A stretch of 64,000 nt of DNA, from NCBI GenBank assembly GCA_963662545.2, contig CAXXLL010000002.1, forward strand, positions 768,001-832,000, given 5' to 3'. A program made the translations under genes and the position numbers. The DNA is from Gammaproteobacteria bacterium (GTDB taxonomy: Bacteria; Pseudomonadota; Gammaproteobacteria; Ga0077536). The notes beneath the pieces were generated by a model. That model had not been told where the DNA came from, did not search any database, and saw nothing but the letters and a program-made list of their open reading frames with translations. Below, in pieces: positions 1 through 9,341 of this stretch (positions are counted from its first letter, which is position 1; the number at the start of each line of letters is the position of its first letter).

Positions 1-489
1 GAAAACGTCCGCCTAATCGCGGAAAAGAGGTCCAAAGAGACAAAGGAGGCGCTCGAAAAGGCGGAAAGCGCAGCAAAACTTGCAAGAGTTGATGTTGAAG
101 CTGCCAGAGCCCAAACGCGTCGCGGCACCCACTTAGGGAGAATTGAATTAGCGAATATCGAAGATGATAAAAAATATCTCCTGTACCACAAAACGATTGC
201 CACCATTGCACTTTTGTTAGCCGACAGAAGCCTCATCAATAAAGAATCCGGACCGTACAAAACGTTCTGGGAGCTATATAGAAAAGATTTGATTGGATAC
301 GAAAGCCCTGCTTTCGCCAAAATTATGGTTGAAATAGGAAAGCAATTGTTTTTATTGAGAGATGATAATTCGCATTCTGACGAGGTTTTAAAAGAACTGG
401 TGGCGAGATTAAGAAACGTGGCGGCGGAAGAAACAAAGGACATCGAGATTTCACCATGGGCACGCTTTTATGGGCCCGCTTATTTATAA
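1..489 (+). CDS. Hypothetical protein, 5'-truncated by the window edge; probable integron gene cassette
   Basis: Frame 1 is open from base 1 (ENVRLIAEKRSKE...) to TAA 487-489. The stop overlaps the TAAC of the downstream attC-like site. Confidence 0.6.
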   Translation, partial: ENVRLIAEKRSKETKEALEKAESAAKLARVDVEAARAQTRRGTHLGRIELANIEDDKKYLLYHKTIATIALLLADRSLINKESGPYKTFWELYRKDLIGYESPAFAKIMVEIGKQLFLLRDDNSHSDEVLKELVARLRNVAAEETKDIEISPWARFYGPAYL

Positions 490-582
490 CGCTGCCGCAA
501 TGAACTTTAACCACGGCTTCGCGACAGGTGCTTTGCCGCTACGGTCAGTCGCCGTCAAGCGCGGCTGAGCTTTACGTTAGAT
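484..582 (+). mobile_element. attC-like recombination site (degenerate)
   Basis: TTATAAC at 484-490 and ...GTCAAGCGCGGCTGAGCTTTAC-GTTAGAT ending at 582. The GTTRRRY core lies just before the next ORF, and the 3' half resembles the site at 1629-1725. Confidence 0.65.
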
Positions 583-589
583 TCTCGGG

Positions 590-1650
590 ATGCTCATGAA
601 GCACATTTACACCGCCGCCTATAAGCTAATCGGCGCAACGAGGCCCGCGTGCGACGCCGAGGTTGTGGTTGGGAATTTCCCAGACCTGCATGGCAAGATG
701 AGTGTCGTTTACGAGATTGACGACCACTTATTCGAAATAGACCGCGCAGCGGCAGCTGGCACTTCCATGCTCAAGGCCCTTGTGGGCCAAGCCGGAGAAG
801 TATCAATGGAAGATAGAATTGCCAACGAAATCGCTAACATTCGAGAAGTTAGACAGTCTGCTTCCGCATTTCAAACGTATTTCTTCTCTACCGAGCAGAA
901 GGAGAAACTGACATTTGGAACCCCAGTACCACAAATGAATTTGAAGAGTTTGTCGTGGCTATCGATGGCGCTGATAAGTCCACTATCAAGCGTAACCATC
1001 AAAAGGCAATCCAGGGCGTTATTGCCGCATTCGCTTTGGGGTCACAGCACATCAGTGGATTTACCAAAATCGCTGAGGGCGTGTACTTTATCGATGGCAC
1101 AGGAAAGCCTAATTATTCCCTTAGCTTTGGCGGTTCGGGCAAAGCTACTATATCAACAACGCTGAAAGCGGAAACGGTCGATTACGCTAAGCAATTTTCG
1201 ACCCATTTAGCGAATCACAAAGAACTTACAGACCCTTCGCGCCTTCTCGCTAGGTCGCTAGATGAAGAATCTGACGTTCTGCTTTCTTATCTATCGGTAT
1301 GGTCAGCCCTTGAGATATTTATCAACAAAGCGTTCCGTTTTTATGAGTCTGAAGCGCTCGGGAATCCAGCTAATCTCGGCATCCCGGAACCAATCGTTCG
1401 CCGTATACGGGATGTAATGTCGGACAAATACAGAATCTCTGACCGATTTTCTTTGGTGTCCAGTTCTCTCGACCCTGCGGGTGCCGATATAGACCTCGCA
1501 GAATTTTCAACTCTGAAGAAGATTAGAGATAGGCTGATGCACGGCGCCGAAGTACCGCTCGACACTTTGCCTACTGCGCGGACAGAAAAACTTTTGAGAA
1601 AGTACCTCAACTTACACGTCAGGCGAATCGCTAATCCAAAAAACCAATGA
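590..1650 (+). pseudogene. HEPN-motif protein (ApeA/MAE_28990-like), split by a -1 frameshift near 853-900
   Basis: ORFs 590-1165 and 955-1650 overlap, and the second frame is open from 853. The C-terminus has WSALE and an R-X4-H motif (RDRLMH, 1525-1542). Confidence 0.6.
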
Positions 1651-1725
1651 AACCGACACTTGACCGCGCCTTCCCTGCGCTACCGTTCCGGTTGCCGTCA
1701 AGTGCTGCTCAACTTGGCGTTAGCG
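1629..1725 (+). mobile_element. attC-like recombination site
   Basis: CGCTAAT (1629-1635) pairs with GTTAGCG (1719-1725) with one mismatch. There is an internal perfect inverted pair CACTTGAC/GTCAAGTG, and the site ends GCTCAACTTGGCGTTAG. Confidence 0.7.
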
Positions 1726-1739
1726 CCCAGGAGGAATTC

Positions 1740-2225
1740 GTGCCTTATTTTCATGTACTCGTCACCGTCAAGGACGCCCCTGATTCGATACGGTGCGTCT
1801 TGGCCGACTTATCTGAACGAGAGATAGAGGCAAATTTCGTAAAGCCCTATGGAAAAGAGGAAAGCATACTTTGCGGAAACGAAATCATTGATGCCTACTC
1901 ATTAAAAACCGTTCGAATTATTCAAACTAGCGACACCAGTGAAGCTGAACGTTCCAAACTGAAGGATGAACACAATAGAAAAAATGAAGAATTTAACCGC
2001 AGCTCTGACTCACTAAAAATTATTGGCTCAGGTTTTCGGCGCGATGATGAAGACATCGCCGAAGCAGGCAACGACGTGACGACTGAATATGTCACTGGCG
2101 TTCCTGGATACCTCGACCGGAAGACTGCTGTTGCGCGGCTGTTTCTCGACAAACTTGTTGTGCCGATTGCAGTAGCCTTGATTGTCGCGGCAGCCCTGCT
2201 ATGGTCGGGGTTAAAACGAACGTGA
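1740..2225 (+). CDS. Hypothetical protein with C-terminal TM helix; probable gene cassette
   Basis: AGGAGG RBS (1729-1734) then GTG at 1740 right after the attC core; hydrophobic C-terminus LVVPIAVALIVAAALLW. Confidence 0.65.
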   Translation: MPYFHVLVTVKDAPDSIRCVLADLSEREIEANFVKPYGKEESILCGNEIIDAYSLKTVRIIQTSDTSEAERSKLKDEHNRKNEEFNRSSDSLKIIGSGFRRDDEDIAEAGNDVTTEYVTGVPGYLDRKTAVARLFLDKLVVPIAVALIVAAALLWSGLKRT

Positions 2226-2429
2226 ACAAATCGTCTATGGGCTCCTCCCGCAAGTAGAGCTGAATAAGCGCTTCTGACGTTACTTCGAAGTAGCGTATTT
2301 CTCGAATCTGCACTTATTTCGCACTTACAAAAGCATCGTTCTCTTTTTCGGGTAGGCCCGTTCCCCGTCAAGCTTGTTGTTCTTTAATGAAAATTCCGAA
2401 ATCCTGTGATATTGCGAACTTCGCATTTC

Positions 2430-2825
2430 TTAAGCAGCGCTCCAAACCTCCATCGAAAACGTCTCGGGTAGCGGTGCGAACATAAGAAGCACTGGCCCGC
2501 CGATCGCGCGGGTCCTGTGCCCACGGCCATCGACGTCCGCTGCGATGAACACTTCGCCCTTGCTCCAGTGACGCCCGTCGTTGTTAGTTGTGACGACTTC
2601 AATCGTGCCTGACAACACGAGCACGACCTGCCGCGCCGGTGCCTGGTGCCAATCCTGCTCGAGATCCGCCGGGAGCTCGATGAAGCATACGCCAGGCGAA
2701 TCATAGGAGTTTGACGCCATCAGGATATTTCCTTCCGCATCGCGATGCTCATTCATCAACGGAACATCGATCTCCCCGAACCGCGATCCACCGTCGTCGG
2801 TCGCCACGAAGCAGGTGATTTTCAT
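2430..2825 (-). CDS. Cupin-domain protein
   Basis: WHQAPARQVVLVLSG and D..GRGH motifs; start placed at MKITCF. Confidence 0.75.
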   Translation of the reverse strand: MKITCFVATDDGGSRFGEIDVPLMNEHRDAEGNILMASNSYDSPGVCFIELPADLEQDWHQAPARQVVLVLSGTIEVVTTNNDGRHWSKGEVFIAADVDGRGHRTRAIGGPVLLMFAPLPETFSMEVWSAA

Positions 2826-3047
2826 AGGCCTTCCTTTGATTTTTTCGGGAGCGTAACGATTCATGATCACTCAAGGCGTTGATCAACTTTGTGCTGAAGC
2901 CGACTCACAAATCGACGCGACAACGGGAGCGCAATATAGGTGTCAGTACCATAGAACCGCAACCATCACTATCGCAGGGATCCGGTCCACCGGCCTGATG
3001 CCCTGCACCGCCAGGTCTAGACCCGGGTATCGGCCGGCTCTGATCGG

Positions 3048-3905
3048 CTACGCTTCGGCCTCGAGCAGTGATGCGAATCGGTCGAGGCTGTCGATACTGT
3101 GGCCGCTGATGAACTCATTACAATAAGGGCGAGCGATTGCCATGCCCTGCGCCAGCGGCTCATATCCTGGGTCACCTTTCAGTGGATTAATCCAGACGAT
3201 CGATTTCGCCCGGCCCGCGACCTTCGCCATCTCGTGATCGAGCAGTTCGGCGTCCCCTGTGTCCCATCCATCACTGATGATTGTCACGACGGTTTTAGGT
3301 GTGATTGCCGTTGCGTAGGTCGTGTTCAGTTCCTTGATTGCCTCGCCGATCTTGGTGCCGCCGGACCAGCCGGAGAAGTGCCTCGACACGCTATCCAGCA
3401 CGGCGCGAAAGTTCTTGCGTCGAAAATGCGCAGTCATCGATTGCAGGTCTGTGCTGAATATGAACACTTCGATTTTCAACCAGCGGTTCCTGCTCAACAG
3501 GTGCAGGAAATTGAGTAGGAACACGCTATAGATTTCCATCGATCCGCTTACATCGACAACGATTACCAGCGGCGTGACGGTCGGGATTCTTCTCCGGTAG
3601 CACCACAACACGATCTCGTCCAAGCGGCATTCTACATTCACGTTGACAAAACCCGGTTTGCCCGCGCCCTCACCGTAGAGTACGTAATGATGAGGAAATT
3701 CGATGTCGGTCACGCGTATCTTCCCTTCGTATTCGCCTTTGATGGAGGCGACACCAAGGGAGAGCGCAATCCGGTATGCGTCTTCGCCGTCTGCGACCAT
3801 TGATTTACAACCCGGAATGGTTTTGACGAGAATGTCTACGTCATGCAGTGCCGCCCACACATCGGCCGCCGCATAGGGCAAATCGGCGGTTCCTTCCATC
3901 TTCAT
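3048..3905 (-). CDS. In-frame chimera of a CoxG-like (SRPBCC) N-terminus and a CoxE-like VWA C-terminus
   Basis: N-terminus VWAALHDVDILVKTIPGC is CoxG-like; C-terminus has DVSGSM (MIDAS), WSGGTKIG, IISDGWDTGD and WINPL. Confidence 0.75.
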   Translation of the reverse strand: MKMEGTADLPYAAADVWAALHDVDILVKTIPGCKSMVADGEDAYRIALSLGVASIKGEYEGKIRVTDIEFPHHYVLYGEGAGKPGFVNVNVECRLDEIVLWCYRRRIPTVTPLVIVVDVSGSMEIYSVFLLNFLHLLSRNRWLKIEVFIFSTDLQSMTAHFRRKNFRAVLDSVSRHFSGWSGGTKIGEAIKELNTTYATAITPKTVVTIISDGWDTGDAELLDHEMAKVAGRAKSIVWINPLKGDPGYEPLAQGMAIARPYCNEFISGHSIDSLDRFASLLEAEA

Positions 3906-3992
3906 GTAGTTCGACCGTACTCAAAGTTGCCTTGCATTGGCGCAACAATCGGCAATGATAGTCTGTCCCCGGGCGCTGCTTGAATCAGCGTT

Positions 3993-4811
3993 TCAGGTAG
4001 TGGCGACCAGACGCGCGGTCTGACTCGCGAGCAAAGCGCGGTTCAATTCCGCACGTACATCATTGCCCTCCGGGATCGACGCGAGATAGTGCCCATCGAA
4101 GCGCACCTCGATGTCGTCTTGATCAAAGGGGTAGGGGTCCAAGGCATAAACACCGTCAGCACCGGGCAAGATGTCGACCTCAGTGTCCTCAGTCGCGCTC
4201 AGCGGCACATGGGAGAAGCTGGCTTTTTGACGCTCGCTCTGCTGCACGCAATTGAAATAAAGCGCCAGGGTATCGAAGAACTGGAGCTGCTTGTAGTTTT
4301 GAAAAAGATGGCTTTCCTCGATCCATCCGGCGGTGTCGGGATCGGATTCGAGTGTGGCTTTGAGCCGTTCTTGCCGCGTGATTTCATGGTCGAGCATAAG
4401 GTCGGCGATCGCTCTGTTTTTTTCCGCCAGACCGTCGAGAAGAACTTTTTCTGACATACCGTAACGGCCATTGTACAGCCCCCAACTGTGCATGCTGGAC
4501 AGGAGCTCGCAATACGGATGATAGGTGCCATTGAAGTCCGGCGAAGCGCTGCTGGTTTCGACAATGCGTTCAAATGGGGTTTGCACCAGGTTGTAAGGCA
4601 GGCCGGTCGCCGGATCGCGCAGCGCTGCCGCGTCCAGTTCGCGCCATCCGGCGTCGTGGTGCTCGATGACGTGCAGCATCTGCGAACGCGGTTCGATCGG
4701 TTCGAAACTTGCGTTGCCAAAATGCTCCGCGAACTGGGCCGAAAGCGCCGTATGTTGACCCATGGTCATCACGAAATGTTTCTCACCGTCCGCTGCGGCT
4801 TGTACGATCAT
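3993..4811 (-). CDS. DUF3891-family protein
   Basis: QH..LS.QFAEHFGN, HHDAGW, SMH and LQFFDTLALYF pattern. Confidence 0.65.
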   Translation of the reverse strand: MIVQAAADGEKHFVMTMGQHTALSAQFAEHFGNASFEPIEPRSQMLHVIEHHDAGWRELDAAALRDPATGLPYNLVQTPFERIVETSSASPDFNGTYHPYCELLSSMHSWGLYNGRYGMSEKVLLDGLAEKNRAIADLMLDHEITRQERLKATLESDPDTAGWIEESHLFQNYKQLQFFDTLALYFNCVQQSERQKASFSHVPLSATEDTEVDILPGADGVYALDPYPFDQDDIEVRFDGHYLASIPEGNDVRAELNRALLASQTARLVATT

Positions 4812-4870
4812 GGCACTTGTCCTCTCGTCGAGTAAGTCACGGTGATCCGCTCACAGCCTAGGTTCCCTAA

Positions 4871-4905
4871 CAGGATGTTGAAAAACGGAGTTTTTCAACA
4901 TCCTG
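4871..4905. repeat. Perfect palindrome resembling fused IS ends
   Basis: CAGGATGTTGAAAAAC-GGA-GTTTTTCAACATCCTG (16-bp arms). Confidence 0.8.
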
Positions 4906-4955
4906 CTAATGCACAATCACTGATAGCAAGCCCCCCGAGCGATTCGCGGCCGGTC

Positions 4956-5747
4956 TTACTGTGCAACAAACCCGCCATCGATCGCCAAGGTAGCCCCGAT
5001 GACGAAGCTGGCTTCTGCCGAGCATAGCCACACGACCGCACCGGCGATTTCTTCCGGTTGGCCCATTCTGCCGATCGGCTCGCGTTGCGTGATCGCGTCG
5101 ACGATTTCGGGCCGGCGTTCGATAATTTTGTCTACCAGAGGCGTTTGCACGGGACCCGGGCAGACCACGTTGATGCGTATGCCCGTTTGCGCATACTCGA
5201 GTGCAGCGGTTTTCGTCAGCCCGATAACACCATGTTTGCTCGCGGAATAGGCAGGCATGCCCACCGAACCCACTACGCCGAAGTTCGACGCATTATTGAC
5301 GATTGCGCCGCCGCCTTGTTTCAGCATCTGCGCGATCTCGTATTTCATGCAGAGCCATACACCCTTTAGGTTGATACCCGTTATCTGATCCCAATTCTCT
5401 TCCGTGCACTCGGCAGTTTGACTCAAGTCACCCTGAATGCCGGCATTGTTAAACGCGAAATCGAGGCGCCCCCACGCGGTGATTGCGGCGTTCACCATGC
5501 TTTCGACATCGCCAGCACGCGCTACGTCCGCGGCAACGAACATGGCTGTTTCTGACATGTTTTCGATCAGGGCGACGGTCTCCTTTCCGCCCGCCGGGTC
5601 GACGTCGGCGACCAGAACGCGTGCACCGGCACGTGCGTATGCCAGGGCCGTAGCGCGTCCGATCCCTGAACCGCCGCCCGTGACCAGGGCCGTTTTACCT
5701 GTCATTGCATCCGTCACGGCCGATTCCCGTCTACCTTCGTTCGTCAA
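4956..5747 (-). CDS. Short-chain dehydrogenase/reductase (true start may be ~5706)
   Basis: TGGGSGIG, NNAG and YSASK motifs. Confidence 0.9.
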   Translation of the reverse strand: MTNEGRRESAVTDAMTGKTALVTGGGSGIGRATALAYARAGARVLVADVDPAGGKETVALIENMSETAMFVAADVARAGDVESMVNAAITAWGRLDFAFNNAGIQGDLSQTAECTEENWDQITGINLKGVWLCMKYEIAQMLKQGGGAIVNNASNFGVVGSVGMPAYSASKHGVIGLTKTAALEYAQTGIRINVVCPGPVQTPLVDKIIERRPEIVDAITQREPIGRMGQPEEIAGAVVWLCSAEASFVIGATLAIDGGFVAQ

Positions 5748-5759
5748 CGCTCTTCGAAA

Positions 5760-6083
5760 TTATTCATATGGCAGGAATCTATCCGCGTCCACCATGTTCA
5801 GAACATCAGGATTCTTGTACATCTCGACCAGATTGCAGACTTCCACCAGCGACAGCGCCATGTCACATAAACGCCGGGCATCCTCGGGCATCTCGGCATA
5901 GGGGTACTGGTTGAGGTATACGATGATGTCCTCAAGGCGCTTCGACATCTCACCGTGAAAATCGATTATCTCGTCCATCGGGGTTGCGATGCGCTTTACC
6001 ATACGTTCGCGCTCAGTCGGTATCGACCATGCCAGGTAGGGCTCTAAATCACTGAAGGGTTCAGGTAATGCAATTTCGGTCAT
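5760..6083 (-). CDS. Hypothetical protein coupled to the Rieske oxygenase
   Basis: 107-aa ORF whose ATG overlaps the upstream stop (ATGA). Confidence 0.7.
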   Translation of the reverse strand: MTEIALPEPFSDLEPYLAWSIPTERERMVKRIATPMDEIIDFHGEMSKRLEDIIVYLNQYPYAEMPEDARRLCDMALSLVEVCNLVEMYKNPDVLNMVDADRFLPYE

Positions 6084-7261
6084 GCGCGCGCCATCTCCCG
6101 TTCAAAGACCTCATGGAAATGCCGGATCGTAATTTCTTCATCCTGCATCACCATGTCTGGTCGCGCGCGCGCCATGAGGCCCTTTTGTATTTTTTCGTGC
6201 ATGAAAGCATCTTCCATCAACGTGTCGCGCAATCGGCCGACCGTCCATTCCTGAGCCAACCGCTGGCCGACATTTTCGGCCGGGGGGAAGTGATAGCGCA
6301 TCTCCCAAATGCACCGATCGACGGCGAGTGGCCAGAAGTTATAGGTCATAAAAAAATCTCCTGACACGCCCGCAAACAACAGGATGGCCATGTTTGGAAA
6401 GATGCAGTACCAGTCGAAATCGCTGATCCGCCCAGTCATGCGGACGTTGTTCAACGCGCTATCCATCCGGTTCAGCAAGCCCTCGGTAGGCAACTCCACA
6501 TGCCCCGGGTTGAACTCACAAGACCACACACTGTGATAGTTGTAGAGATTGACGTTCGAAAAACGACAGTATTTATTGTCTTTGAGCAGGAACGAATCGC
6601 CGATGGTAAAGCGGTGCTGGAACGGGAGATGGTAAAGTTCGTTTTGCGCATCGAGTGCGGTCTTATAGTTAGCGTTCTCTTCGACCTTGTAGGTTTTGAG
6701 CCGGCGCATTTTTTCGAACCCTGCGCCGTCCAATTGTGTAGCCACCCCGCCGAGAAATTCCCGTAGGGTCTCGGCCGGTTCGGCCGCCAGATGGATGAAA
6801 ATGAAGCCTTCCCATATATCGCAGTGAACCGGGGTCAGGCCGTGTTTGCTCTTGTCGAGATCGAAAAAATTCTCCTCATCGGGGACCCAGGCTAGCTCCC
6901 CTTCGGTGTTATAAGCCCAACTGTGAAAACCGCAACCGAAGCGCCCGGGGCACTTGCCGCGTTCTTCCCACACGAGTGTATTGCCGCGGTGTGAGCAGAC
7001 GTTGTGGAAAGCGCGAACCACATTGTCGTTGCCGCGCACGACGAGGATCGATGTTCGGCACATTTCGAGTTCACGCACGAAATAATCTGCTGGCTCTGGG
7101 ATATCTTGGACCCGCCCGACGTTGATCCAATGACGTCTGAAGATGAGCTCGCGCTCGAGCTCGAAATGTTCCGCAGAGATGCAAGGCTCCGTGGACACCG
7201 GACCTTTGCCGACAGCAGAGTATTTTTCGGACCATTGCTTATCGATCATTCGCGTCTGCAT
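6080..7261 (-). CDS. Rieske ring-hydroxylating oxygenase alpha subunit
   Basis: CSHRG...CGFHSW Rieske motif; ELYHLPFQH and ED mononuclear-iron ligands. Confidence 0.9.
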   Translation of the reverse strand: MQTRMIDKQWSEKYSAVGKGPVSTEPCISAEHFELERELIFRRHWINVGRVQDIPEPADYFVRELEMCRTSILVVRGNDNVVRAFHNVCSHRGNTLVWEERGKCPGRFGCGFHSWAYNTEGELAWVPDEENFFDLDKSKHGLTPVHCDIWEGFIFIHLAAEPAETLREFLGGVATQLDGAGFEKMRRLKTYKVEENANYKTALDAQNELYHLPFQHRFTIGDSFLLKDNKYCRFSNVNLYNYHSVWSCEFNPGHVELPTEGLLNRMDSALNNVRMTGRISDFDWYCIFPNMAILLFAGVSGDFFMTYNFWPLAVDRCIWEMRYHFPPAENVGQRLAQEWTVGRLRDTLMEDAFMHEKIQKGLMARARPDMVMQDEEITIRHFHEVFEREMARA

Positions 7262-7361
7262 ATCGCCACCGTCCCGATAGAATGGGTTCGAGTAAAACCC
7301 TGGAAGAGAGGTTCCGTAAGCATACCAATTATTCAGATCAATAAATCCAAGCGCGTGTGCC

Positions 7362-7751
7362 TCACGGGCCCGGCGATAGGTGGGCCGCGACGATCCGCCA
7401 CCCTTGCTCGACGCATACCCAGGCGTGAGACATGCGCCCCCGGCCGCCGGAGTCCGAGCGCAACAGCTCGCAGTTGGCGGTAGCGAAATCCCGGCCGAAG
7501 GTGGTGATTACCAGGCGCGTTATTTCGAGTTTGATCGGCCGGCCGCGCTGGCCATCCCGATATGTCGCGATCGCGTCTATGCCATAGAGATTTTCTCCGC
7601 TACCGAAGCGCAAGACATGTTCACTGTCCCAGAACAGCGCTTTCACGGTATCGATGTCGTTGGTGCTTATGGCATTTGTATAGCGCCAAAAGAATTCGGT
7701 AACTTCTGCATGCACGTCTGGAATATTGATCTCGATACTGGCTCTCCTCAT
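7362..7751 (-). CDS. AtzH/HpxZ-like (DUF3225, NTF2-fold) protein
   Basis: LFWDS..VLRFGSGENLYG, ITTFGRDFA and WRIVAAHLS motifs. Confidence 0.8.
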   Translation of the reverse strand: MRRASIEINIPDVHAEVTEFFWRYTNAISTNDIDTVKALFWDSEHVLRFGSGENLYGIDAIATYRDGQRGRPIKLEITRLVITTFGRDFATANCELLRSDSGGRGRMSHAWVCVEQGWRIVAAHLSPGP

Positions 7752-7975
7752 CCGTTTGGCTTCACCGACACCAAGGCTGCTTGCGCGTTACCCAACGCCA
7801 TAAGCGTAGCGGTGCAAGCGACTGTTTGGCTATCGCACGAGATTTCATTTTCACCCGCCCGGCGCCCTTGAACATCGGTCATGCATTCATTAGGATTTAA
7901 TCATCATTATTTATTAATTTAATTGGCCTTTTCACAGCCAGCTGCCAGCTTTCGCCGCAGGAGGATTCAAATATC

Positions 7976-9241
7976 ATGTCGACGGTTGCAGAACTTGATC
8001 CAAAGACCCGGGAAGCCATCGAAAAGACCCGCGGCCACCTCTCCGAAGCACGACACCTGCCGGGCTTTTACTATACGTCTCAGGAAATTTTCCAGCGCGA
8101 AATTGACACCATATTCATGCGCGAGTGGCTGTGCGTGGGCCGCATCGAGGAATTCGAGAACCCCGGTGATTACCACGCTATCCGGATCGCCGGCGAACCG
8201 CTGGTAATCTGCCGCGATAACGACAAGCAGCTGCACGCCTTTCGCAACCTCTGCCAGCACCGTGGGGTGGAGGTCGCCGTCGGCCAGGGCAATACCAAGC
8301 GTTTCATCTGCCGCTATCATGGGTGGACATATGGCATGGACGGTCGCTTGACGGGCGCGCCTCACAGCAGTGAAGTCAAGGGCTTCAACTTCCAGGCATG
8401 CCGCCTCCCGGTGGTGAATCTGGATACCTGGGGCGGCTACATCTTCGTTAATTTCGATCCCGATTGCCGTCCGTTGAGCGAATGCCTGGACGAAGACGGG
8501 GTCCGTGAGTTTGCTGCATTTCTGCAGCCTGAAAACACCAGAACATCGGACAAGTTCGAGTTCGAAGTTCCGTGCAACTGGAAGTTTGTACCGGAAAACC
8601 TCATGGACATGTACCACGTCGGCGTCATCCACAAGACGTCCTTTGGCGCCCATTTCCCGGTCAACGACTTCCGCTACAAGTTGACTGGCCAAGGTTACAA
8701 CGCCGTCTACGAGAGTCTCACCATGGCGCCAAACGGCGTCACGCTATTCGGGCCGATGCCGTGGCTGGCAGGTAAGGTGAGCGACAGGTTCGCCTGCACG
8801 ACCTGGGTGCGTCCGACGATGAATATCTTCGGTCGCCATGACCTTATCCAACCCTGGGTGGCCACGCCGATCGACGTCAATCGCACCCATGTCACCATTT
8901 ACACACAACTCCCCGAAGCGTTTTTCGAGGAACCTGGCTTCGCCGAAAAGAACAAGATTTATGCCGATTTCATCCGCTTCGTGGCCACCGAGGACGAGGC
9001 GATGCTCGAGTCGTTACAGACGGGAGTAAGTTCGCGCGGCTTTGCTCCGGGACCCACCGTCAATTTGGAGCGCGCCATCCATCATCTGCTCAATTACTAT
9101 CTCGACATCCTGCTCGCCGAAGACCTAAGCGCCCGCGAGAATCGCATCAAGGACGGCGCCACGGCAATCGCCGAGAGCGCCGCGAAGAATCCTGAGCCAT
9201 GCGATGGCGGCTACGCGAAAGCTTTCGGGCGAGGAGGGTGA
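7976..9241 (+). CDS. Rieske oxygenase alpha subunit (choline monooxygenase/CntA-like group)
   Basis: CQHRG...CRYHGW; NWKFVPENLMDMYHVGVIH; AGGAGG RBS. Confidence 0.9.
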   Translation: MSTVAELDPKTREAIEKTRGHLSEARHLPGFYYTSQEIFQREIDTIFMREWLCVGRIEEFENPGDYHAIRIAGEPLVICRDNDKQLHAFRNLCQHRGVEVAVGQGNTKRFICRYHGWTYGMDGRLTGAPHSSEVKGFNFQACRLPVVNLDTWGGYIFVNFDPDCRPLSECLDEDGVREFAAFLQPENTRTSDKFEFEVPCNWKFVPENLMDMYHVGVIHKTSFGAHFPVNDFRYKLTGQGYNAVYESLTMAPNGVTLFGPMPWLAGKVSDRFACTTWVRPTMNIFGRHDLIQPWVATPIDVNRTHVTIYTQLPEAFFEEPGFAEKNKIYADFIRFVATEDEAMLESLQTGVSSRGFAPGPTVNLERAIHHLLNYYLDILLAEDLSARENRIKDGATAIAESAAKNPEPCDGGYAKAFGRGG

Positions 9242-9341
9242 ACAAGGCCCGTTTTAGCGTGGGCCGGTATTATTTTGCAATGGGTTCTAGGAGTTACGGA
9301 GTTGTATCCAATTATGACGAGGCACACCTGCTTAATGTCAA

